Assembly (NCBI GenBank): GCA_002269645.1
Contig: NIVC01002460.1
Span: forward strand, 108,161 to 172,160
DNA from: Macrostomum lignano
Lineage: Eukaryota
Reading direction: 5' to 3'
Length of the DNA stretch: 64,000 nucleotides
Shown: positions 24,401 through 35,948 of the stretch, piece by piece
Layout of the letters: every line of letters begins with the position of its first letter
How positions within the stretch are numbered: the first letter of the stretch is position 1
Notes under the pieces: model-generated
What the model was told of the DNA's origin: nothing
What the model saw: the letters and a program-made list of their open reading frames with translations, nothing else
Database searches by the model: none
Translations under genes and position numbers: made by a program

Positions 24401-27400
24401 CTCAGCTGCTGGGCCAGCCTCCCAGATCCTCAGTTGCTGGGCCAGCCTCCCAGATCCTCAGTTGCTGGGCCAGCCTCCCAGATCCTCAGTTGCTGGGCCA
24501 GCCTCCCAGATCCTCAGTTGCTGGGCCAGCCTCCCAGATCCTCAGTTGCTGGGCCAGCCTCCCAGATCCCCAGTTGCTGGGCCAGCCTCCCAGATCCTCA
24601 GTTGCTGGGCCAGCCTCCCAGATCCTCATTTGCTGCTGGGCCAGCCTCCCAGATCCTCAGTTGCTGCTGGGCCAGCCTCCCAGATCCTCAGTTGCTGCTG
24701 GGCCAGCCTCCCAGATCCTCAGTTGCTGCTGGGCCAGCCTCCCAGATCCTCAGTTGCTGGGCCAGCCTCCCAGATCCTCAGTTGCTGCTGGGCCAGCCTC
24801 CCAGATCCTCAGTGTCTGGGCCAGCCTCCTAGAGTGTCAGTTGCTGGGCCAGCCTCCCAGATCCTTAGTTGCTGGGCCACCCTCCCTCCCAGATCCTCAG
24901 TTGCTGGGTCAGCCTCCCAGATCCTCAGTTGCTGGGCCAGCCTCCCAGTTCCTCAGTTGCTGCTGGGCCAGCCTCCCAGATCCTCAGTTGCTGGGCCAGC
25001 CTCCCAGATCCTCAGTTGCTGGTCCAGCCTCCCAGATCCTCAGTTGCTGGGCCAGCCTCCCAGTTCCTCAGTTGCTGCTGGGCCAGCCTCCCAGATCCTC
25101 AGTTGCTGGGCCAGCCTCCCAGATCCTCAGTTGCTGGGCCAGCCTCCCAGAGTGTCAGTTGCTGGGCCAGCCTCCCAGATCCTTAGTTGCTGGGCCACCC
25201 TCCCTCCCAGATCCTCAGTTGCTGGGTCAGCCTCCCAGATCCTCAGTTGCTGGGCCAGCCTCCCAGTTCCTCAGTTGCTGCTGGGCCAGCCTCCCAGATC
25301 CTCAGTTGCTGGGCCAGCCTCCCAGATCCTCAGTTGCTGGGCCAGCCTCCCAGAGTTTCAGTTGCTGGGCCAGCCTCCCAGATCCTCAGTTGCTGGGCCA
25401 GCCTCCCAGTTCCTCAGTTGCTGCTGGGCCAGCCTCCCAGATCCTCAGTTGCTGGGCCAGCCTCCCAGATCCTCAGTTGCTGGGCCAGCCTCCCAGATCC
25501 TCAGTTGCTGGGCCAGCCTCCCAGATCCTCAGTTGCTGGGCCAGCCTCCCAGATCCTCAGTTGCTGGGCCAGCCTCCCAGATCCCCAGTTGCTGGGCCAG
25601 CCTCCCAGATCCTCAGTTGCTGCTGGGCCAGCCTCCCAGATCCTCATTTGCTGCTGGGCCAGCCTCCCAGATCCTCAGTTGCTGCTGGGCCAGCCTCCCA
25701 GATCCTCAGTTGCTGCTGGGCCAGCCTCCCAGATCCTCAGTTGCTGCTGGGCCAGCCTCCCAGATCCTCAGTTGCTGGGCCAGCCTCCCAGATCCTCAGT
25801 TGCTGCTGGGCCAGCCTCCCAGATCCTCAGTGTCTGGGCCAGCCTCCTAGAGTGTCAGTTGCTGGGCCAGCCTCCCAGATCCTTAGTTGCTGGGCCACCC
25901 TCCCTCCCAGATCCTCAGTTGCTGGGCCAGCCTCCCAGATCCTCAGTTGCTGGTCCAGCCTCCCAGATCCTCAGTTGCTGGGCCAGCCTCCCAGATCCTC
26001 AGTTGCTGCTGGGCCAGCCTCCCAGATCCTCAATTGCTGGGCCAGCCTCCCAGATCCTCAGTTGCTGGGCCAGCCTCCCAGAGTGTCAGTTGCTGGGCCA
26101 GCCTCCCAGATCCTTAGTTGCTGGGCCAGCCTCCCAGTTCCTCAGTTGCTGCTGGGCCAGCCTCCCAGATCCTCAGTTGCTGGGCCAGCCTCCCAGATCC
26201 TCAGTTGCTGGGCCAGCCTCCCAGATCCTCAGTTGCTGGGCCAGCCTCCCAGATCCTCAGTTGCTGGGCCAGCCTCCCAGTTCCTCAGTTGCTGCTGGGC
26301 CAGCCTCCCAGATCCTCAGTGTCTGGGCCAGCCTCCCAGATCCTCAGTGTCTGGGCCAGCCTCCTAGAGTGTCAGTTGCTGGGCCAGCCTCCCAGATCCT
26401 TAGTTGCTGGGCCACCCTCCCTCCCAGATCCTCAGTTGCTGGGCCAGCCTCCCAGATCCTCAGTTGCTGGGCCAGCCTCCCAGATCCTCAGTTGCTGGGC
26501 CAGCCTCCCAGATCCTCAGTTGCTGGGCCAGCCTCCCAGATCCTCAGTTGCTGGGCCAGCCTCCCAGATCCTCAGTTGCTGGGCCACCGCCAGTCACCCA
26601 GATACCTTCCTGTCACTGCATTAATCACTATCCATTTACAGGTGACTCCCCGCGACACCACCATGACGTTCACCTGTTTCGTACTATTCGACATGTTCAA
26701 CGCTCTGTCCTGCCGTTCAAAATCAAAGAGCATCTTCACCATCGGTCTGTTCTCCAATCGGACCTTCTGCATAGCCGTGGGTCTGTCCCTCATCGGCCAG
26801 CTGCTGGTCATCTACGTGCCCCCGTTTCAGGCGATCTTTCAGACTGAGGCTCTCTACGCTACTGGTGAGTTTCTTATGTCTAAATAGTTCTCTCTCTATC
26901 GTATTATTTTTCAATCAAATCTTTCTAAAAATGAACTTCATTTATTCAATCTTATTTTATGCTAACTCTCGATTAGTTGCTGACGAAGTTTTCTTTCTTC
27001 TTATAAGTAAAAGTGAAGAAGTAAGGGCCGCTGTACACTCCTGTGTGAGTGTGTGCCTGTGCGTATGACTGCGTACGTATCCGCGCGCTTGTGTGCCTGC
27101 TCAGGGGAGTCGGCGGAATGGGCAGCAATGCCTCTCGCTGGTTGTGTGACAATGTCGCTTAAAGTGCGTCAGGGTGCACATTGGCAGCTGCCTCTAATTA
27201 AATAAAGTAGCCCAGGTCCCAGGGCTTGCGTAATACTTTTTATTTCTTTCAATTATTTGACATTTCCAGTAGAATCAGCGTGCAAATTTTGCTAACAGTG
27301 GACTCAACATTCTGTTTTATCTATTATGTAATTACTCGTAACAGTTTAATTTAATATTACTTGAAGTTGCCTTGGCACGTTGGTTTTTATTAGGTAATCT

Positions 27401-28272
27401 TCATTTTCACTGCTCTCTATATTTATATCTTTATGTTATTCTGAAATATAATTATAAACCTGGGTTCAGAGAGAGCAGCGGCAACCCACTACCTAAATTA
27501 AGATCAGGGGAGGGCAGCGGCAACCCACCAGCTAACTGAATGGATCGGGGAGGGCAGCGGCAACCCACCAGCTAACTAAATGGATCGAGTGGGGGCAGCG
27601 GCAACCCACCAGCTAACTGAATGGATCGGGGGAGGGCAGCGGCAACCCACCAGCTAACTGAATGGATCGGGTGGGGGCAGCGGCAACCCACCAGCTAACT
27701 GAATGGATCGGGTGGGGGCAGCGGCAACCCACCAGCTAACTGAATGGATCGAGTGGGGGCAGCGGCAACCCACCAGCTAACTGAATGGATCGGGGGAGGG
27801 CAGCGGCAACCCACCAGCTAACTGAATGGATTGGGTGGGGGCAGCGGCAACCCACCAGCTAACTGAATAGATCGGGGGAGGGCAGTGGCAACCCACCAGC
27901 TAACTGAATGGATCGGGTGGGGGCAGCGGCAACCCACCAGCTAACTGAATGGATCGGGGGAGGGCAGCGGCAACCCACCAGCTAACTGAATGGATCGGGG
28001 GAGGGCAGCGGCAACCCACCAGCTAACTAGATGGACCGGGGAGAGTTCAGATAGGTTATTTATAAATCTAGAACTATAATAACTAAAAGCTCAAAGTGGT
28101 CACTCGCATTGCAGACCTGCTATTCCTGGTGTGCCTGTGCTCCACAGTGTTCTGGATCTCGGAGCTGGCCAAGCTGATGCACCGGCATCATTACAATTTC
28201 AGTCGGGCAGCCCTATCGCTAATTGGTTTTAATAATCGTCGGTCAACTAAATTTTCTGACAGTATTGTGTGA
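16232..28272 (+). CDS. ATP2C1: Secretory pathway Ca2+/Mn2+-transporting P-type ATPase (SPCA/PMR1), ~923 aa, 9 coding exons
   Basis: join(16232..16237 tentative MQ,17559..17875,18381..18692,19647..20289,21493..21612,22598..23083,23599..24105,26642..26864,28115..28272). All junctions are GT-AG with matching phases and the total of 2772 nt is in frame. Motifs: [22 protein letters not shown] (phosphorylated Asp), [51 protein letters not shown]. Colinear with human SPCA1. Confidence 0.95.
16348..17519. repeat. ~22-bp minisatellite CTATGAGAATCGCCCTCTCT(C/A)C in SPCA intron 1
   Basis: Tandem periodicity. Confidence 0.95.
17886..18300. repeat. AGTGTGCTCAGATATCC-core minisatellite in SPCA intron 2
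   Basis: Compound tandem repeats. Confidence 0.9.
18760..19560. repeat. 24-bp minisatellite GATTATTGTATGATTTATGACCCA in SPCA intron 3
   Basis: Tandem periodicity. Confidence 0.9.
20290..21447. repeat. (CTGTCTGTGTGTGTG)n grading into (CTGT)n in SPCA intron 4
   Basis: Simple repeat starting at the donor GT. Confidence 0.95.
22111..22436. repeat. 41-bp minisatellite CGGCAACCCACCAGCTAACTAAATGGATCGGGTGGGGGCA(T/G) in SPCA intron 5
   Basis: ~7 copies, flanked by ~55-bp direct repeats at 22054-22108 and 22441-22496. Confidence 0.9.
23092..23560. repeat. CTCTACCCACTCTACCCCG-type pyrimidine-rich repeat in SPCA intron 6
   Basis: Degenerating ~21-bp repeats. Confidence 0.85.
24158..26590. repeat. 28-bp minisatellite GCTGGGCCAGCCTCCCAGATCCTCAGTT (~85x) in SPCA intron 7
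   Basis: Tandem periodicity; stop-free on +; source of the 918/546/566-aa ORFs. Same family as 45770-46850. Confidence 0.97.
27027..27165 (+). repeat. Short dispersed repeat (GGGCCGCTGTACACTCCTGTG...GAGTCGGCGGAATGGGCA...ATGTCGCT)
   Basis: Near-identical copy at 43560-43668; partial copies at 22054, 22441 and ~2165-2228 (minus strand). Confidence 0.75.
27476..28042. repeat. 41-bp minisatellite (same family as SPCA intron 5) in SPCA intron 8
   Basis: ~13 copies of CGGCAACCCACCAGCTAACTGAATGGATCGGG(T/G)GGGGGCAG. Confidence 0.93.
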
Positions 28273-28821
28273 TCGAGAAACCTATCTATAGTACTAATAG
28301 AATTCATTAGTAGACTATATTGAGTTTCTGTAACTTATTTCTATAATTTTAGCATAATACGATTAGAAAAAAACTATTATTATCGAAGATTGAACAGTTA
28401 AAAATGTATCTTTCCAGATAATAAAGGACACGCGTGTACTTTAATTATTGATTTATTATATTGTTGTCTATGCACACAGTTCTGTCGGCTGCTAATCTAT
28501 TATTCTATCATATCCTCTCGATCATGTTTTTATTGCATATCTTTATATAACTGCTGCGCTTACAAAACCTTTGATATTTTGCTTTATGGAACTGAATAGA
28601 GAGAGCACCGGCATTGTCTGCTAAATGGCATCCAGTTTGGCGTCTCTAGATTTATAGCTTTTCATTTGTGTGATGTGTCTGATTTTTCATGACAATTTAT
28701 GTGTCATTTTTCACTGCTTCTGCGGGAATGCAAATGATGGACATGCGTGTAGTGCTTCATCGGTTGATTGGTTGATTAATATGTATTATATTTTTGTTGC
28801 TGACTTGACCACAGCCTCTTC

Positions 28822-29270
28822 TTATCTCTCTCATCTCACTGTCTCCCGTATCTTCTCACTCACTCCCGTCTCCTCTCACTCTCTCATCTCATCTCACTCT
28901 CTCCCGTATCCTCTCACTCTCATCTCATCTCACTCTCTAATCTCATCTCACTCTCCCGTATCCTCTCATCTCATCTGATTCTCTCCTGTCTCCTCTCACT
29001 CTCATCTCATCTCACTCTCTCATCTCATCTCACTCTCCCGTATCCTCTCATCTCATCTGATTCTCTCCTGTCTCCTCTCACTCTCATCTCATCTCACTCT
29101 CTCCCGTCTCTTATTACTCTCATCTCATCTCACTCTCTACCGTCTCCTATCACTCTCATCTCATCTCACTCTCTCCCGTCTCCTATCACTCTCTCTCTCC
29201 CGTCTCCCTCCCATCTCACTTTCATCTCCTCTCACCATTCTTCCATCTCCTAATTCTCTCCCGTCCTAAG
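28822..29270. repeat. CT-rich compound repeat (CTCATCTCATCTCACTCTCTCCCGT)
   Basis: Degenerate tandem repeats. Confidence 0.85.
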
Positions 29271-29659
29271 CTATTCTTTTCCCAGTTATGATTTTTATTT
29301 CCACAGCGTGTCAACTACAGCGTCGCGACTTGCAATGCTGCTTCCTATATATATATATAAATAAACATTAATTTTGTGCAACAGCCTTAGTCTTTTTTCT
29401 TGTTTTGATGCTCACCCTGTTTCTGGTTTCAAATTCAAATAGATTTCACATAAGTTATACGGAAGAGGGGGGCGTTTTTATGTATGCTTTACTATTTTTT
29501 ATAACTAAATGCCTATCAGACTACTTTTTAGTTGGCTCTTTCCTGAGTAGATTGAGCCTAAGTTCTGTTATTAATAAACTGTTCTTTTATTTGTTTATTA
29601 AAATAGTTTTAGCTGTACTAACGAGCTGACGCTTGATTGCAATATATATTAGCCTTCAT

Positions 29660-30092
29660 GTGTATCCTGAATGCGGCTGTATTGGGTGCATTTACCTGGA
29701 TTCTGGGTATCCTGAATGCTGCTGTATTGGGTGCATTTACCTGGATTCTGGGTATCCTGAATGCGGCTGTATTGGGTGCATTTACCTGGATTCTGGGTAT
29801 CCTGAATGCTGCTGTATTGGGTGCATTTACCTGGATTCTGGGTATCCTGAATGCTGCTGTATTGGGTGCATGTACCTGGATTCTGGGTATCCTGAATGCT
29901 GCTGTATTGGGTGCATGTACCTGGATTCTGGGTATCCTGAATGCTGCTGTATTGGGTGCATTTACCTGGATTCTGGGTATCCTGAATGCTGCTGTATTGG
30001 GTGCATGTACATGTACCTGGATTCTGGGTATCCTGAATGCGGCTGTATTGGGTGCATGTACATGTACCTGGATTCTGGGTATCCTGAATGCG
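29660..30092. repeat. 45-bp minisatellite GTATCCTGAATGCTGCTGTATTGGGTGCATTTACCTGGATTCTGG (~10x)
   Basis: Tandem periodicity; source of the YPECCCIGCIYLDSG ORFs. Confidence 0.95.
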
Positions 30093-30728
30093 TGAATGAT
30101 ACAGACAAAGGTAGGCACAGTTACCACTAGGTGTTCCTCATCAGGCTTCGATTGTCTAAAGAGATAATTTTTTTTAGTTTTGTTTTTAGTTTCTGGTGAT
30201 TTTATCCCGACCCCTCATTGCATTACAATTTTCAATTTTATATATTAAATAAAGCTATCGTATATTGTTATAGTAATGAGTCACAAACAGAAGCCAATTA
30301 TATTGTAGTGTAAATTCAAGTCTGAAACAACAATTGGCCAACCATTTTGCCAAAGAGGCTGTGTTCTCTTCTGTTTTGCCTGTGCGACTTCTTTTGCAAG
30401 CAAAGCAAACCAAATTCGTTATAACATGTAGCATTATTATCCTGCTGTTGCTTTGCTTGGCTTTGCTTTGCATTATTTTCTTTTCTGTTTTGCTAATCTT
30501 TATAACTATTAGATCTTGGTTCTGTTGCAACGGAACGTGCAACATTTTTGTTAAACTGTACCTGTACTGCAAACACTGTGAACCAGAATACACGCGTAGC
30601 TTATCCACCTGACTACTGGACTGTGCGATGGGGTTGGCGTCTTCCTTTTTTGCTTCATTTTTATCGTTTTAAAGCAAACAGCTTGGGTCTTGTTTGCGAT
30701 TGATTTTTGCTACTGACTGGAATTGAAA

Positions 30729-31305
30729 ATCAGTTAGCTAGGCAGTTAGCTAGTCAGTTAGCTAGACAGTTAGCTAGTCAGTTAGCTAGACAGTTAGCTA
30801 GACAGTTAGCTAGTCAGTTAGCTAGTCAGTTAGCTAGACAGTTAGCTAGTCAGTTAGCTAGTCAGTTAGCTAGTCAGTTAGCTAGTCAGTTAGCTATACA
30901 GTTAGCTAGTCAGTTAGCTATACAGTTAGTTAGTAAGTTAGCTAGTCAGTTGGCTAGACAGTTAGCTATACAGTTAGCTAGTCAGTTAGCTATACAGTTA
31001 GCTAGTCAGTTAGCTATACAGTTAGTTAGTAAGTTAGCTAGTCAGTTAGCTATACAGTTAGCTAGTCAGTTAGCTAGACAGTTAGCTAGTCAGTTAGCTA
31101 TACAGTTAGCTATACAGTTAGCTAGTCAGTTAGCTACACAGTTAGTTAGTCAGTTAGCTATACAGTTAGCTAGTCAGTTAGCTAGTCAGTTAGCTACACA
31201 GTTAGTTAGTCAGTTAGCTATACAGTTAGCTAGTCAGTTAGCTAGACAGTTAGCTAGTCACTTAGCTAATCAGTTAGCCAGACAGTTAGCTAGTCAGATA
31301 GCTAG
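30729..31305. repeat. 12-bp minisatellite CAGTTAGCTA(G/T)(T/A) immediately upstream of the PARL start
   Basis: Tandem periodicity; source of the (QLAS)n ORF. Confidence 0.95.
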
Positions 31306-31346
31306 TATTTATAGTACACCAGACGAACTTGCACACTTTCTGCGGC

Positions 31347-34028
31347 ATGCAGACCCCATACGGTAGTCGAATTTGCCATTGCTGCCGTGCCTGCAGCCGC
31401 CGACTGCTCACTGTCCTGCTCAGCTTGCCCCGGCCGCCCTCCCTGCAACCTGGTCGGCGATATTTTAACGTGAATAAGTCGGCCGTCTCCGATGCCCGCC
31501 AGCCGCTGACGAATGCCCAAGATTTTGCCCGCGCCTTTTTGGCGCCCTACCGTCTGACGGAGAGCGCCAGACGGTTGGCCTGGCGCGGCCGGGCATTCTG
31601 GGCGCTGGTGGCTTCCGGCACCGCGTATGGGATCTGCCGGCTGTGGGAGACTCACCAGGCTAAGAAGTCTGATCCCAACAGCCTGTACCTGCCGTTCATG
31701 GGGGTACAGGTGAGCTGACTTGGGGAGGGTATTGCAGCAGCTCACTGGCAGAATCAGGGAGGGTATTGCAGCAGCTCACTGACAGAGAATCAGGGAGGGT
31801 ATTGCAGCAGCTCACTGACAGAGAATCAGGGAGGGTATTGCAGCAGCTCACTGACAGAGAATCAGGGAGGGTATTGCAGCAGCTCACTGACAGAGAATCA
31901 GGGAGGGTATTGCAGCAGCTCACTGACAGAATCAGGGAGGGTATTGCAGCAGCTCACTGACAGAATCAGGGAGGGTATTGCAGCAGCTCACTGACAGAGA
32001 ATCAGGGAGGGTATTGCAGCAGCTCACTGACAGAGAATCAGGGAGGGTATTGCAGCAGCTCACTGACAGAGAATCAGGGAAGGCATTGCAGCAGCTCACT
32101 GAGGCAGAATCAGGGAGGGTATTGCAGCAGCTCAGACAGAATCAGGGAGGGTATTGCAGCAGCTCACTGACAGAATCAGGGAGGGTATTGCAGCAGCTCA
32201 CTGACAGAATCAGGGAGGGTATTGCAGCAGCTCACTGACAGAATCAGGGAGGGTATTGCAGCAGCGCACTGACAGAGAATCATGGAGGGTATTGCAGCAG
32301 CTCACTGACAAAATCAGGGAGGGCATTGCAGCAGCTCACTGACAGAATCAGGGAGGGTATTGCAGCAGCTCACTGAGGCAGAATCAGGGAGGGTATTGCA
32401 GCAGCTCAGACAGAATCAGAGAGGGTATTGCAGCAGCTCAGACAGAATCAGTGAGGGTATTGCAGCAGCTCACTGAGGCAGAATCAGGGAGGGTATTGCA
32501 GCAGCTCACTGAGGCAGAATCAGGGAGGGTATTGCAGCAGCTCACTGACAATCAGAGAGGGTATTGCAGCAGCTCAGACAGAATCAGTGAGGGTATTGCA
32601 GCAGCTCAGACAGAATCAGTGAGGGTATTGCAGCAGCTCACTGAGGCAGAATCAGGGAGGGTATTGCAGCAGCTCACTGAGGCAGAATCAGGGAGGGTAT
32701 TGCAGCAGCTCAGACAGAATCAGAGAGGGTATTGCAGCAGCGCATTGACAGAGAATCAGGGAGGGTATTGCAGCAGCTCACTGACAGAATCAGGGAGGGC
32801 ATTGCAGCAGCTCACTGACAGAATCAGGGAGGGTATTGCAGCAGCTCACTGACAGAATCAGGGAGGGAATTGCAGCAGCTCACTGACAGAATCAGGGAGG
32901 GAATTGCAGCAGCTCACTGACAGAATCAGGGAGGGTATTGCAGCAGCTCACTGAGGCAGAATCAGGGAGGGTATTGCAGCAGCGCACTGACAGAATCAGG
33001 GAGGGTATTGCAGCAGCTCACTGACAGAATCAGGGAGGGTATTGCAGCAGCTCACTGACAGAATCAGGGAGGGTATTGCAGCAGCTCACTGACAGAATCA
33101 GGGAGGGTATTGCAGCAGCTCACTGACAGAATCAGGGAGGGTATTGCAGCAGCTCACTGAGAGTGAATAAATTAAGATATCCTTAGCTTGGCTACTGTCA
33201 GTAGGCTGATGCAGACGCATTTACAATCTCTATCAAATTCCAACGCAGCCCGGGCTGTCCCGCTGGTCCCTGCTTGGCCCGTACGCAGTCGTCCTGATGC
33301 TGAGCAGCTGCGTGTTTGCCGCTTGGCGAATCTTCGGCCTGGCCTCGCTGCAGCCCGCCGCCGCCGCCGCCGCTGCCGCTGCGGCCGGGTCTCGGATTTC
33401 TCTGCTAGGCGCTGAGAATTTCCTTCGCCTATTCGCTGACAAGCCGGGCCTCGGTCCCACTGTCAGGGCCTTCTCCCGGCCGCTGCTCAGCCCGCTGGGA
33501 TCGGCTCTGAGTCATCGGACAGTCGGGCACTTCCTAGCCAGCCAGCTGGTACTTTTTGGCGCCCTAACCAGCTGCATTGGCAAAATGTCGCCGGGCGAAT
33601 TCGTTGCCTTCTCCGTAGCGGCGGCCTACGCTACCAGTTTGGCCAGTGTGCTGGCCATGACGCTGGCCAATCGGTTTGTGTTCAGCCTGGGCGCTAGCGG
33701 TGTACTGTCGGCTCTGGTGGCCTACAATGCGCTGACTGCCGACCAGAATGTCCAGCTCGGTCAGCAACAGGAGAGCGGCAGTAGCTCGCCATCGAGCCTG
33801 GCTCTGCTCGGTGTCATCCCGCTGCCCTGGCTGACACCGGCTGTTGGCCTGTCCGTCTGGGCCGGAGTCGAGGCCGTCAGCTGGATGGTTACCGTCTGGC
33901 GGGGTCGCCTGCCCCGGTTGAACCATCCAGCGCACCTGGCTGGCATCGGGTTCGGCTGTCTGTATGCTGTGTGGGGCCACCAGGCTCTGTGGTCGGCGCA
34001 CCCTGTGCCGCGGCTGCGGCTGCCTTAG
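31347..34028 (+). CDS. PARL: PARL-type mitochondrial rhomboid protease, 380 aa, 2 exons
   Basis: join(31347..31709,33249..34028), phase 0, CAG|GTGAGC ... AACGCAG|CCC. Arg-rich presequence-like N-terminus; TM1 ending VFAAWRI; SHRTVGHFLAS; catalytic SLGASG (Ser 33696-98); LNHPAHLAG (His 33933-35); YAVWGHQALW matches the PARL C-terminal YVTYGHELIW. Confidence 0.85.
31720..33160. repeat. 34-36-bp minisatellite GGGAGGGTATTGCAGCAGCTCACTGACAGAATCA filling the PARL intron
   Basis: ~41 copies, starting ~10 nt after the donor. Confidence 0.97.
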
Positions 34029-34117
34029 GCGACCGCTCTGTCTGATAACTGATTGGCTGCTGTGTCCGTATTGTGCCATGTGGATGTCAGTTCTGTGTCC
34101 GTATTGTGGCATTTTGT

Positions 34118-34885
34118 CCTCACCATCTGCCCTGTGTCCTCTCACTGTGTCCTCACCATCTGCCCCTGTGTCCTCATCATCTACCCTGTGTCCTCACCAT
34201 CTGCCCCTGTGTCCTCATCATCTAATCTGTGTCCTCACCATCTGCCCTGTGTGTCCTCTCGCTGTGTCCTCACCATCTGCCCTGTGTCCTCATCATCTAC
34301 CCTGTGTCCTCACCATCTGCCCCTGTGTCCTCATCATCTACCCTGTGTCCTCACCAATTGCCCTGTGTCCTCACAATCTGCCCTGTGTCCTCACCATCTG
34401 CCCTGTGTCCTCACAATCTGCCCTGTGTCCTCATCATCTACCCTGTGTCCTCACCATCTGCCCTGTGTCCTCACAATCTGCCCTGTGTCCTCACCATTTG
34501 CCCTGTGTCCTCACCATCTGCCCTGTGTCCTCATCATCTACCCTGTGTCCTCACCATCTGCCCTGTGTCCTCACCATAGCTGCCCTGTGTCCTCATCATC
34601 TGCCCTGTGTCCTCACCATCTGCCCTGTGTCCTCACCATAGCTGCCCTGTGTCCTCACCATCTGCCCTGTGTCCTCACCATAGCTGCCCTGTGTCCTCAT
34701 TATCTACCCTGTGTCCTCACCATCTGCCCTGTGTCCTCACCATAGCTGCCCTGTGTCCTCACCATCTGCCCTGTGTCCTCACCATAGCTGCCCTGTGTCC
34801 TCACCATCTGCCCTGTGTCCTCACCATTTGCCCTGTGTCCTCACCATCTGCCCTGTGTCCTCATCAACTACCCTGTGTCCTCACC
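34118..34885. repeat. ~20-bp minisatellite CCTCACCATCTGCCCTGTGT
   Basis: Tandem periodicity. Confidence 0.95.
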
Positions 34886-35292
34886 CTTTTCCTCATCACC
34901 CCCTGTCAGTTGGCTGTCCTCGCCCTCCCTGTGTGTCCGTACAAATCTGACCTTTTCCATCCGGTTCAACTGCAGCAATCAGTGTTCACGTAGAACTTTG
35001 CAAATGGCAAACTGCTCTGAAAGTTGCACAGCGTTTTGCTTGCATATCTTTAACAACAAATTTTCATGCTATTGGCATTCATTATAGTAGTTATAATATA
35101 GCTAATGTATCGCTGCTACATGCCTACTCAAGTATGTGTGCCTGCCATGAAAGTTTCTATTTTTGGGTTCAAATTCCCCATGTCTATTAGAGTATTCTAT
35201 TATATATTTCAAAATATAATTTGCATGTTTAAAAAATTCGGATTTGTTAACTTTCGAATTTGGACTCTGTAATTTATTGTTAAATAATTACT

Positions 35293-35830
35293 GTCCCTCT
35301 CTCCCCACCCTCTCCCACCTTCTCCATGTGTTCTCACCCTCTCCCTGTGTTCCCACCTTCCCACCTTCTCCATGTGTCCTCACCCTCTCCCTGTGTTCCC
35401 ACCTTCCCACCTTCTCCATGTGTCCTCACCCTCTCCCTGTGTCCCCACCCTCTCCTGTGTCCCCACCCTCTCCCTGTGTCCCCACCCTCTCCTGTGTCCC
35501 CACCCTCTCCTGTGTCCCCACCCTCTCCCTGTGTCCCCACCCTCTCCCTGTGTCCCCACCCTCCCCTCTCCCTGTGTCCCCACCCTCTCCCTGTGTCCCC
35601 ACCCTCTCCCTGTGTCCCCACCCTCTCACTGTGTCCCCACCCTCTCTACTGTTTCCTCACCCTCTCCCTGTGTCCCCACCCTCTCCCTGTGTCCCCACCC
35701 TCTCACTGTGTCCCCACCCTCTCTACTGTTTCCTCACCCTCTCCCTGTGTCCCCACCCTCTCTACTGTTTCCTCACCCTCTCTGTTTCCCCACCCTCTCT
35801 ACTGTTTCCTCACCCTCTCCCTGTGTCTCC
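35293..35830. repeat. 19-bp minisatellite CACCCTCTCCCTGTGTCCC
   Basis: Tandem periodicity. Confidence 0.93.
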
Positions 35831-35948
35831 ACTCTCTACGGTGGGAGCAGCCAGCAGCCACCCAGATCCCATTGCAAAGAGTTGGCATGGCAACAACATT
35901 TCAGGCATAGGAAATTCTCGCACCTGTCTAACATCAGCAGCTGCTGCT

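Noticed and set aside
23611-26367. 918-aa ORF as a real single protein
   Set aside because: Only 23599-24105 is SPCA exon 7. The rest is read-through of a stop-free 28-bp intronic satellite, and the missing SPCA C-terminus is in exons at 26642 and 28115.
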